Made by a program: the position numbers and the translations under genes
Origin: Candidatus Oxydemutator sp.
GTDB lineage: Bacteria; Pseudomonadota; Gammaproteobacteria; Poriferisulfidales; Oxydemutatoraceae
Length of the DNA: 64,000 nt
Assembly (NCBI GenBank): GCA_965203445.1
Contig: OZ241883.1
Location: forward strand, 2,016,001-2,080,000
Direction: 5' to 3'
Notes under the pieces: generated by a model
What the model was told of the DNA's origin: nothing
The model's database searches: none
Seen by the model: the letters and a program-made list of their open reading frames with translations, nothing else
Shown: positions 52,824-61,943 of the stretch, in pieces
Layout: each line of letters starts with the position of its first letter
Numbering within the stretch: the first letter of the stretch is position 1

Positions 52824-53547
52824 GCCTGCTCTCCAGTACGACGACGTTGGCGCCCAGCCAGAACACGATCATCAGCACAAAGTACACCAGGTCGCGCGCG
52901 TCTATCACGCCCTTGCTGATCGAGACGAAGTGCGACAAAAAACTCAGCGACGAGATCGTGTCGACGAACATCTGCGGCAGCCACGCCTGGAACAAGTCGA
53001 GCACGAACGGCAGGCTGCTCGACAAAAACACAAAGCAGATGACGATGCTGATGATGAAAGCGATGACCTGGTTGCGCGTGGTCGCCGAGACGCACGAACC
53101 GATGGCCAGAAATGCCCCCGCCATCAGGAAGCTGCCAAGATAGGCCGAGAGAATAACGCCGTTGTCCGGCTCGCCCAGATAATTGACCGTGATCCAGAGC
53201 GGGAAAGTCAGCACCAGCGCGGTGCCGGTGAACAGCCACGCGGCGATGTATTTGCCGAGCACCGCCTGCGCCGGGGTGACCGGCAGCGTCATCAGCAGCT
53301 CGATGCTGCCGCTCTTGCGCTCCTCGGCCCACAGGCGCATCGAGATCGCCGGTATCAGAAACAGATACAGCCACGGATGGAACTGGAAAAACGGCTGCAG
53401 ATCCGCCTCGCCGCGCTCGAAGAAATTGCCCAGATAAAACGTGAACGTCGCGATCAGCACCAGAAAAATGACGATGAACACGTACGCCAGAGGCGTCGCA
53501 AAATAGCCGGCCAGCTCTTTTCTCAGTATCGCGCCGACGACCTTCAT
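52813..53547 (-). CDS. GldF-like ABC-2 permease
   Basis: KELAGYFATPLAYVFI, PAISMRLWAEERKSGSIELLMTLP, VLGKY, TRNQVIAF, KGVID.RDLVYF. Confidence 0.88.
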   Translation of the reverse strand: MKVVGAILRKELAGYFATPLAYVFIVIFLVLIATFTFYLGNFFERGEADLQPFFQFHPWLYLFLIPAISMRLWAEERKSGSIELLMTLPVTPAQAVLGKYIAAWLFTGTALVLTFPLWITVNYLGEPDNGVILSAYLGSFLMAGAFLAIGSCVSATTRNQVIAFIISIVICFVFLSSSLPFVLDLFQAWLPQMFVDTISSLSFLSHFVSISKGVIDARDLVYFVLMIVFWLGANVVVLESRRGE

Positions 53548-54473
53548 GCGATGCTGCCTTCGGTGATCTCACGGAACACTTCATCGAGCCGCCCGTGCTC
53601 GATACGCAAATCGTCCGCAGCCAGTTCGCGGCCCGCGATGCGCCGGCCCAGGTCCTGATAGACGGCGTGCCGGCGGTCGCCTTCGGTGAAAATCACCCAG
53701 CGCTGGTGGACCAGGTCCTCCTCGACCGCGGTCACGCCTTCCATTTCGCCAAGCGCGCGCACCGCGTCGCGGTCGTCGCTTTGCAGGCTGACGGCGTGGT
53801 GGTAGCGCGAACGCGCCAGCAGTTCCGGCGGCGTCGAGTCCGCCAGCAGGCGTCCGTGCGCGATGATCAGCGCGCGCGTGCACACCGCCGAGACTTCCTC
53901 GAGGATGTGCGTCGAGATGACGACTATCTTGTCTTTGCTGAGCGAGTTGATCAACGCGCGCACGTGGTGCTTCTGGTTCGGATCAAGCCCGTCGGTCGGC
54001 TCGTCCATGATCAACACGCGCGGGTCGTGCATCAACGCCTGCGCCAGTCCGACGCGCCGCTTGAAGCCTTTGGACAGCGTATCCACCGGCTGGCGCAGCA
54101 CGTCTTGCAGTGCCAGCTCCTGCACGACGTAATCAAAACCGTCGCGCGCCCGCGCCTTGCCGAGCTGCCTGACGCGCGCGATGAAACGCAGAAAATCGGC
54201 GACCGTCATGTCGCCGTAGCTGGGCGCCCCCTCCGGCAGGTAGCCGATGATGCGCTTGGCCTCCAACGGCTGCTCGGTGATGTCAAAATCGCAGACGCCT
54301 ATGCGCCCCGAGGTCGGGCGCAGGAACCCGCAGACCATCTTCATCGTCGTGGATTTGCCGGCGCCGTTCGGCCCGAGGAAGCCGAGCACGTCGCCCGGGC
54401 GCACCTCGAAAGAGACCTTATCAACGGCCACAAGCCGGCCGAAACGCTTGCAGAGATTTTCTACTTTGATCAT
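53544..54473 (-). CDS. GldA-like ABC ATP-binding protein
   Basis: GPNGAGKSTTMK, IGYLPE, LSKGFKRRVGLAQAL, DEPTDGLDPNQ, STHILEEV. Confidence 0.9.
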   Translation of the reverse strand: MIKVENLCKRFGRLVAVDKVSFEVRPGDVLGFLGPNGAGKSTTMKMVCGFLRPTSGRIGVCDFDITEQPLEAKRIIGYLPEGAPSYGDMTVADFLRFIARVRQLGKARARDGFDYVVQELALQDVLRQPVDTLSKGFKRRVGLAQALMHDPRVLIMDEPTDGLDPNQKHHVRALINSLSKDKIVVISTHILEEVSAVCTRALIIAHGRLLADSTPPELLARSRYHHAVSLQSDDRDAVRALGEMEGVTAVEEDLVHQRWVIFTEGDRRHAVYQDLGRRIAGRELAADDLRIEHGRLDEVFREITEGSIA

Positions 54474-54692
54474 GACGTTGCAGCTGAATCCGCGCCGGCC
54501 CGGAATTTTCGGGCGCTATTTGTAACGAAAATCGCGGCGCTTTTCAAGTGCCCGTATGCGTCCAATCGCCGGAGTTTGGGGAATATCATCCCGTGCAAGC
54601 TGCTGAAAGACAACTCTCCCGTTTGCCCAGAACATGGTGGCCCACGCGCACCCGCACCAGGCACGACCCCTCGAGCACCTCAAGGCCGGCCG

Positions 54693-55469
54693 CTACGCGC
54701 TGCATCGAGAGGCACGACCCGGTGACCACCTCGACGAAGCGGCGGCTTTCTCCAGGTCTTCCTCGGTGTCTATGCCAAGGTGGCGCGAGTGGCGGGCCAG
54801 GACGATGCGGATGCGATGGCCGGATTCCAACAGGCGCAGTTGCTCCAACTTCTCGCGGCGCTCGAGGGAGGAGCGGGGCAGCGCGGCGTACTGCCTGAGG
54901 GTTGCGTGGCGGTAGGCGTAGATGCCCAGATGACAAAGCCAGTCGCCCTCGCCGGCGGGAATCGGGGAGCGGCTGAAATACAGCGCGAATCCGGCCGCGT
55001 CGCGGACTACCTTGACCTTGTTCGCATCGTCCTTGCCTCGCGGCGAAGTCACTGCGGCGGCGAGCGTCGCGCAGCCGGCGTCCTCGGCGGCGAGACCGGC
55101 GGCCAGGCGGTTGACGTCGGCGGCCTCCAAAAACGGCTCGTCCGCCTGCACGTTGACGACCACCATATCATCCGGCCACCCTCTGGCCGCGGCCACCTCG
55201 GCGACGCGGTCGGTGCCGCTTGCGTGGGTGCCCGCCGTCATGCAGACGTCGCCGCGCACGCTTTCCATGCATTCGGCGATGCGCTTATCGTCGGTGGCGA
55301 CTATCACCTCATCCGCGGCGCTGGCGAGCGCGTTGTCGTACACGTGCCGTATCAGCGGCCGCCCCGCCAAGTTGCGCAACGGCTTGCCCGGCAGCCTGTG
55401 CGAGCGATAGCGCGCGGGAATGACGATCTTGAACTCAGGTATCGGGGTGTTTCTTCCGGTGGCTTTCAT
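54693..55469 (-). CDS. kdsB: 3-deoxy-manno-octulosonate cytidylyltransferase
   Basis: [70 protein letters not shown]. Confidence 0.95.
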   Translation of the reverse strand: MKATGRNTPIPEFKIVIPARYRSHRLPGKPLRNLAGRPLIRHVYDNALASAADEVIVATDDKRIAECMESVRGDVCMTAGTHASGTDRVAEVAAARGWPDDMVVVNVQADEPFLEAADVNRLAAGLAAEDAGCATLAAAVTSPRGKDDANKVKVVRDAAGFALYFSRSPIPAGEGDWLCHLGIYAYRHATLRQYAALPRSSLERREKLEQLRLLESGHRIRIVLARHSRHLGIDTEEDLEKAAASSRWSPGRASRCSA

Positions 55470-55641
55470 ACTCCTCCTGGAAGATCTGCCGCGCTTCTTC
55501 GGGCAGCATGACCGGGATGCCGTCGCGCACCGGATAGGCCAGGCGCGCCGACAACGAGAGCAATTCCTGCCGCTCGCGGTCGTAGATCAACGCGCCTTTC
55601 GTCACCGGACAGACGAGTATATCGAGCAAATGTTCATCCAT
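55435..55641 (-). CDS. ycaR: Trm112-family protein (YcaR/UPF0434)
   Basis: [12 protein letters not shown]...[13 protein letters not shown]; lpxK-ycaR-kdsB order. Confidence 0.92.
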   Translation of the reverse strand: MDEHLLDILVCPVTKGALIYDRERQELLSLSARLAYPVRDGIPVMLPEEARQIFQEEYESHRKKHPDT

Positions 55642-56674
55642 TGAGCAGCACCTCGACCCGGTCCAGCAGTTGTTCCTCGAAATCGGCGTCGAGCCGCGCT
55701 TCGGTATCGACGATCCACGCGTCGTGCAAAGTGCGCCGCCAAGCCGCGGCGTCGGAACGCGCCGCGGCTTGGCATTGTACTCCATCCTTCGCGGTCATGA
55801 CAACGGCGAGATCGTCGCCAAAACGCAGATCGGATCCGCGATAGGCGTGATGATCGGGAAACACGTGCCGCTGCGATTTCATGCCAAGATCATCCAATAG
55901 TTCGAAGAAACGATCCGGATTGCCGATACCGGCGCAGGCGTGGACGCGCTTGCCTCGGAAATAATCGCAAGCCTCCTCGCGCCCGCTCAGCAGGTGGCGC
56001 AAACGCAACGGGCGCACCTCCATGCGCCGAGGTTCGGCGATTCCGGCGACGGGCGCCGTGTCGCTGCCGTTGACAACGACGTAATCTACCGTCTCGAGGC
56101 GCGACAGCGGTTCGCGCAGCGGGCCCGCGGGCAGCAGGCGCCCGTTGCCGAACTTTCTGCCGCCGTCGACGACGACGATCTCAAGCGAGCGCGGCAGCGC
56201 GAAATGCTGCAAACCGTCGTCCGACAAGATCAATTCGACGCCGCAGTTTTCGATCAGATACTGAGCTGCTTCCCGGCGGCGCGCCGCTATCACAATCGGG
56301 CAGCCGGTCTCGTCGGCGATCAGGCGAGGTTCGTCGCCGACCAAGAGCGCGTCATCGTCGGTGTGCACGCGGTGGGGAAAGCGCCGCAAACGCGACCGAT
56401 AACCGCGGCTGACAATGCCGATATGATGGCCTCTATTCTTAAGAAGCCGCGCCAAATAAATGACAAAAGGGGTCTTTCCGCTGCCGCCTGTAGTAAGGTT
56501 GCCGACGACGATAACCGGAACCGCCAGCGCCGGCGACGAACGTCGCCCCAGCACGCGCGCGACGATGAAGCCGAGGCGGTAGATCGCCGCCAAAGGCGCC
56601 AGCCAGGCGCCCGCCCGGTGGCCGCCGTACCAGACGCGCGCGGCAACGTCGCTCGCCAAAGCGCGCGCGTTCAC
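55634..56674 (-). CDS. lpxK: Tetraacyldisaccharide 4'-kinase
   Basis: [61 protein letters not shown]. Confidence 0.95.
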   Translation of the reverse strand: MNARALASDVAARVWYGGHRAGAWLAPLAAIYRLGFIVARVLGRRSSPALAVPVIVVGNLTTGGSGKTPFVIYLARLLKNRGHHIGIVSRGYRSRLRRFPHRVHTDDDALLVGDEPRLIADETGCPIVIAARRREAAQYLIENCGVELILSDDGLQHFALPRSLEIVVVDGGRKFGNGRLLPAGPLREPLSRLETVDYVVVNGSDTAPVAGIAEPRRMEVRPLRLRHLLSGREEACDYFRGKRVHACAGIGNPDRFFELLDDLGMKSQRHVFPDHHAYRGSDLRFGDDLAVVMTAKDGVQCQAAARSDAAAWRRTLHDAWIVDTEARLDADFEEQLLDRVEVLLNG

Positions 56675-58479
56675 GCGATTATTTTGTTCGCTTCGGAAGC
56701 GCTGTACAAGCGACAATAGCGCCCGCGCGCGGCCATTAATTCCTCGTGCGTGCCCTGCTCGACGACGCGCCCCTGCGACAGCAGCACGATACGGCTCGCC
56801 AATGCTATCGTCGAGAAACGGTGCGCGATGATCAGCATCGTCCGGGTGCCCGCGATCTCGGCGAGAGCCGCCTGCACCGCGCGCTCGGACTCGGCGTCGA
56901 GTGCCGACGTGGCCTCGTCGAAAATCAGAATCGCCGACTCCTTCAACAGACCCCTGGCGATCGCGACGCGCTGGCACTGGCCGCCCGACAGGCGCGCGCC
57001 GGCGTTGCCTACCGGCGTGTCGAAGCCGCGCGGCAGGCGCTCGATGAAGTCGAGCGCCTGCGCCTTGCGCGCCGCCTCGATCAGCGCCCGCTCGCTGACG
57101 TCGCGCCCATAGACGATGTTGTTGCGTATCGTGTCGTTGAACAACGCGACGCTCTGGCCGATGTAGGTGATCTGCGCGCGCAACTCGGACAACGAGACGT
57201 CGCGCACGTCGCAGCCGTCTATCTCGATACGCCCCTCGCTGCAATCGTAGAGGCGCGGAATCAAGCCGACCAACGTGGACTTGCCGGCGCCCGACTTGCC
57301 GACCAGGGCGACGCTCTCGCCCGCGTCTATGGACAGATCCACCGCGTGCAGCGCGGCCTCATCGCCAGCGCCGCCGCTATCGTCGCCGTCGTAGCGGTGC
57401 GACACGCCGACGAAGCGGATCGCGCCGCGCCAGCGTCGCCCGGTGCGCCTGCCGGTGTCCCGTTCCGGCGGCGTGTCGAGCAGGCCGAAAATACTCTCGC
57501 CGGCGGCGATGCCCTGCTGGACAACCGCGCTGACGTTGACGAGATTGCGCATCGGCCGAAACAACAGCATGGCCGCGACCACGAACGAGATGAAAGTACC
57601 CACCGAAATCTCGTTGGCGACGATCTGAAAGCTCGCCAGGTAGATGACCCACGCTATGCTGGCGCCGATCAGCAACATCACCACCGGCGCGCCCGCGGCC
57701 CGTGTCAGCGCCATCTTCATGCTGTGCTCGAAGGTGCGCCGGTTGCTGGCGCTGAAGTTCGCCAGCTCGTATTCGTAACCGCCCAGCACCTTGACCGCGC
57801 GGTTGGCGTTGACTACCTGCTCGACGTCGCTGGCCAGGTAGCCCATGGCCCGTTGCAGCTTGCGGCTGATCCTGCGAAAACGCCGGCTCAGGTAGCGCAG
57901 CGCCCACGCGATCACCGGCGCCGCCGCCAGAAAAATCAGCATCAGAAACCATTGGATGTACAACATCCAGGCGAGCAGCCCGACGACGGTCAGGCTGTCG
58001 CGCACGATGATGGTCAACGCCTTGGTCGCCGACGTCGAGATGCGTTCAACGTTATAGATCATCTTCGAGATAACGTCGCCGCTGGCTGCTCGGTCGTAGT
58101 AGGACGAAGGCAGGCACAGCAGGTGCTCGAACACCTCTTGGCGCAACTGCCTCATCACGTGCTGGCCGACGTAGGCCATGCAGTAGCCCGACAGAAAGGC
58201 GCCGACGCCGCGCAACAGCAGGATACCGACCAGGCCTAGCGACAGCAGTGCGCCCTGCTCCGGGTCGCGGGCGACGAAAGTCTCATCGAGAAACGGCTTC
58301 ATGATCGCCGCGAAGCCGACGTCGGTCGCCGAATACACGGCCATACCGAGGATCGCGAGCGCAAACCAGCGCCAGTGCGCCGCGGCGTAGTCCAGCAGCC
58401 GACGATAGACTTGCAGCGGCGAGTACGTCGCGCCGACGCCGGCGTCCGCCTCCGGGCGCACGTCAAGCGCCAGGCGCAT
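56671..58479 (-). CDS. msbA: Lipid A flippase MsbA
   Basis: Six-TM domain plus GKSGAGKST, LFNDTIRNNI.YG, LSGGQ, IFDEATSALD, IAHR; upstream of lpxK; start approximate. Confidence 0.92.
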   Translation of the reverse strand: MRLALDVRPEADAGVGATYSPLQVYRRLLDYAAAHWRWFALAILGMAVYSATDVGFAAIMKPFLDETFVARDPEQGALLSLGLVGILLLRGVGAFLSGYCMAYVGQHVMRQLRQEVFEHLLCLPSSYYDRAASGDVISKMIYNVERISTSATKALTIIVRDSLTVVGLLAWMLYIQWFLMLIFLAAAPVIAWALRYLSRRFRRISRKLQRAMGYLASDVEQVVNANRAVKVLGGYEYELANFSASNRRTFEHSMKMALTRAAGAPVVMLLIGASIAWVIYLASFQIVANEISVGTFISFVVAAMLLFRPMRNLVNVSAVVQQGIAAGESIFGLLDTPPERDTGRRTGRRWRGAIRFVGVSHRYDGDDSGGAGDEAALHAVDLSIDAGESVALVGKSGAGKSTLVGLIPRLYDCSEGRIEIDGCDVRDVSLSELRAQITYIGQSVALFNDTIRNNIVYGRDVSERALIEAARKAQALDFIERLPRGFDTPVGNAGARLSGGQCQRVAIARGLLKESAILIFDEATSALDAESERAVQAALAEIAGTRTMLIIAHRFSTIALASRIVLLSQGRVVEQGTHEELMAARGRYCRLYSASEANKIIA

Positions 58480-58922
58480 CCGGCAGCACCCGGCGAACCA
58501 CGTCGGCGGAATAACCTCGGCGGCGCAGGTAGTTGCCGCGCTTGGCGTACTCACCGTAGTCCGCGGGCGGTGCCTCCCCGAAACGTTTGCGATGGCAGCG
58601 CACGGCGTTATCGAACCAGTCGTCGCCGCCGCCTGCCAGGGCGCGCCGGACGACGTCCTCGTCAAAGCCCCGCTGTATCAGTTCCAGGCGGATGCGCTCC
58701 GGACCGTAAAGACGCCGCCGGCGCTCGGCGACGTAGGCCTCGAGGTAGCGGGCATCGGACAGCCGTCCGTCCGCGCGCAGCCCGGCCAGCGCCCGTGCAA
58801 TCGCCTGCTCGCGGTAGCCGTCGCGGCTGAGCTTGCGCCTTAACTCTTCCTCGTAATATTCTCTTCTGGCAAGGTATTTCAGCGCCTTTTCAAGCGGCGC
58901 ATCCGCCTTCGAGGAGGTCTCG

Positions 58923-58933
<11 letters not shown>
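58463..58933 (-). CDS. recX: Regulatory protein RecX
   Basis: ALKYLARRE...[31 protein letters not shown]; follows recA. Confidence 0.9.
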
Positions 58934-59954
<1,021 letters not shown>

Positions 59955-60261
59955 TTTCCCATCCTTTATTCAGGTGACAAATATGCCAAGAGCGTTCCCG
60001 GCAGCACGGTCGGGAAGTATCCCACATCCGCGCCTTCGGATAAACCGGCGATAAACCGGCCGAGCCGCCCCCGGCCGCCCGGTGGCACGCTACCGCGGGC
60101 GGTCGGCGACTACGGCAAAAGCCCGACGAAACGGCTCATCTGGCCGACGAATGACCGACGGCGGCAGGCCACGAGGAGCGAAGCCGGGCGGCGTGCGCCA
60201 CGATCCGCGTCGGCGGGCACACACCGTCGTATTCATCCGTCTTCGGCCATAATCCAGGTTT

Positions 60262-61062
60262 TCACATCGGCCCCGCCAGCAACTGCGGGTCGAGGCGCCG
60301 CTCAAACCAGTTCACCCGCCAATCGAGGTGCGCTCCGGTGGCGCGGCCGGTGGCGCCGACCTCGGCGATCGGCGCCCCCCGTTCGACGCGCGCCCCGGGC
60401 GCCATCAGCGCTTTGCTCAGGTGCAAAAAAGTCGAAGACACGCCGTAGCCGTGATCGAGCACCAGCGTGATGCCCGAAAAATACATGTCGTGCACCAGGG
60501 TTACGATGCCGCCGGCGGGCGCGCGCACGACGGTGCCCGCGGGCGCCGCGATGTCAACGCCGTAATGCGGGCTGCGCGGCTGGCCGTTGAGAACGCGCGC
60601 GCTGCCGTAGACACCGGTGATCGTATTCTTGAGCGGCCACCGAAATTCGCCGAAGCAGTCCCGATGCTCCAGGGCGCGCCGCCGCACTTCGGCGATCAAC
60701 GCCCGCTCTCGGCGTATGCGCGCGAACGTCTCCGGCGGCGGGTTGACCTGGGCCTCGGCGAGATTGTCTATCCGCTGCACTTCGTAGTTCCTCCGGCGCA
60801 CCGCTACGACGCGTCGCTGCCGCTCGCCGCCGGGAAGCGCGACCTCCAGCTCCGACCGCGCCGGTGCGTCGCGCCCGAAACCGACGACGAAGCGCCCGTC
60901 CGGCGCGACACGCACGTCGCCACCGTCGAACCGTACCTCGGCGCCCGGCGCGACGCGCCCGCGCACCATGCCGCCCTGCGTGAAATCGCCCTCGAGGAAC
61001 AACGGCGGATCACCGGCCAGCGGCGGCGCAAAAGACAGCAGCAAAATTAACAAGCGGCGCAT
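60262..61062 (-). CDS. M23 family metallopeptidase
   Basis: Signal peptide, FVVGFGRDA, GVYGSARVLNG, HYGVD (HxxxD), LDHGYG, FLHLS, GATGRATGAHL (HxH). Confidence 0.9.
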   Translation of the reverse strand: MRRLLILLLSFAPPLAGDPPLFLEGDFTQGGMVRGRVAPGAEVRFDGGDVRVAPDGRFVVGFGRDAPARSELEVALPGGERQRRVVAVRRRNYEVQRIDNLAEAQVNPPPETFARIRRERALIAEVRRRALEHRDCFGEFRWPLKNTITGVYGSARVLNGQPRSPHYGVDIAAPAGTVVRAPAGGIVTLVHDMYFSGITLVLDHGYGVSSTFLHLSKALMAPGARVERGAPIAEVGATGRATGAHLDWRVNWFERRLDPQLLAGPM

Positions 61063-61078
61063 GAAACGAGCGGCGCCG

Positions 61079-61348
61079 TCATCGAGGCGGCTTCCAAATG
61101 CCGAAAGCCGATTGCGCCCGCGGCCGCGCGCGGCTGAGATCGGTATAGACGTGGCGCATAAAATCCCTGAGCTCCTCGAGGAGATCGTCCTTATGCGCCG
61201 GCGACGCGCTGTCCGAGGCCACCAGGTAGGCGACGACCGCGGCCAGATATTGCGCCGCTATCAGGGCGTCGTCGCACGCCGGCTCGCGGTGCCGCAAAAC
61301 CTCGACGATCTCCTCCACCAGGCGGCGCGAAAGATTAATTTGCTCCAA
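61079..61348 (-). CDS. Small hypothetical helical protein (89 aa)
   Basis: TTG start behind GAGGAG RBS, overlaps the lptE end; AQYLAAVVAYLV and SAFGIWKP look like conserved segments; no family recognised. Confidence 0.65.
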   Translation of the reverse strand: MEQINLSRRLVEEIVEVLRHREPACDDALIAAQYLAAVVAYLVASDSASPAHKDDLLEELRDFMRHVYTDLSRARPRAQSAFGIWKPPR

Positions 61349-61943
61349 CGTCTCCTCCTCGAGTCTCGTTCAGGGATCGGCGCGCGCCAAGCGCGGCCAG
61401 GCGCCCGACGACCCGGCGGGCGAGATCGCGGCGCACGTGTCGCAGCGTTCGCCGGCGTTCGCTCTCGCTGGCCGATGGTCTCCTGTCGTCATAAAGATAC
61501 GAACCCTCGGAACGTATGCGTTGTCTCGCAAGCAGCACGCGCCCGTTGTCAGCGTGCACTGAAAACTCGAGGGACGCGGTCACCAGGTACTCGCGCGCCT
61601 TGGCGTCGCCGGTGATCGCCAGCGGCCGCCGCGTGATCTCCTCGCCGGCGAGAACCAGGCGCGCCGGTGCCGCGCCGGCGGCCACGACGCGCACGCCGCG
61701 CACGCGCAGCGCCGATTTCAGCGCCACGCGCAACGGCGCGTGGCGCTGCATGCCCTCGAGCGATATCTTCGCCAACGACGGGGACACGAAGCGCGCGCCA
61801 TGGTCGCTGGCGCCCAACTGGTAGCCGCAAGCGGCCGCGAGCGTCGCCGCGGCGACGCACAACGCGGCAAGCGCGCGCCGGCGGGCGGCGTCAGCGCACG
61901 ACGAAATTGACGAGTCTACCCTCGACGTGGATCGTTTTGACAA
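61335..61943 (-). CDS. lptE: LPS assembly lipoprotein LptE
   Basis: Lipobox LAAACGYQL, AREY, follows leuS; true start uncertain (probably near 61890-61860). Confidence 0.8.
   Translation of the reverse strand: MSKRSTSRVDSSISSCADAARRRALAALCVAAATLAAACGYQLGASDHGARFVSPSLAKISLEGMQRHAPLRVALKSALRVRGVRVVAAGAAPARLVLAGEEITRRPLAITGDAKAREYLVTASLEFSVHADNGRVLLARQRIRSEGSYLYDDRRPSASESERRRTLRHVRRDLARRVVGRLAALGARRSLNETRGGDVGAN

Noticed and set aside
54659-54720. 11-bp direct repeat AGGCACGACCC near the kdsB 3' end
   Set aside because: Only two copies, no associated mobile-element features; may be chance or a small old scar
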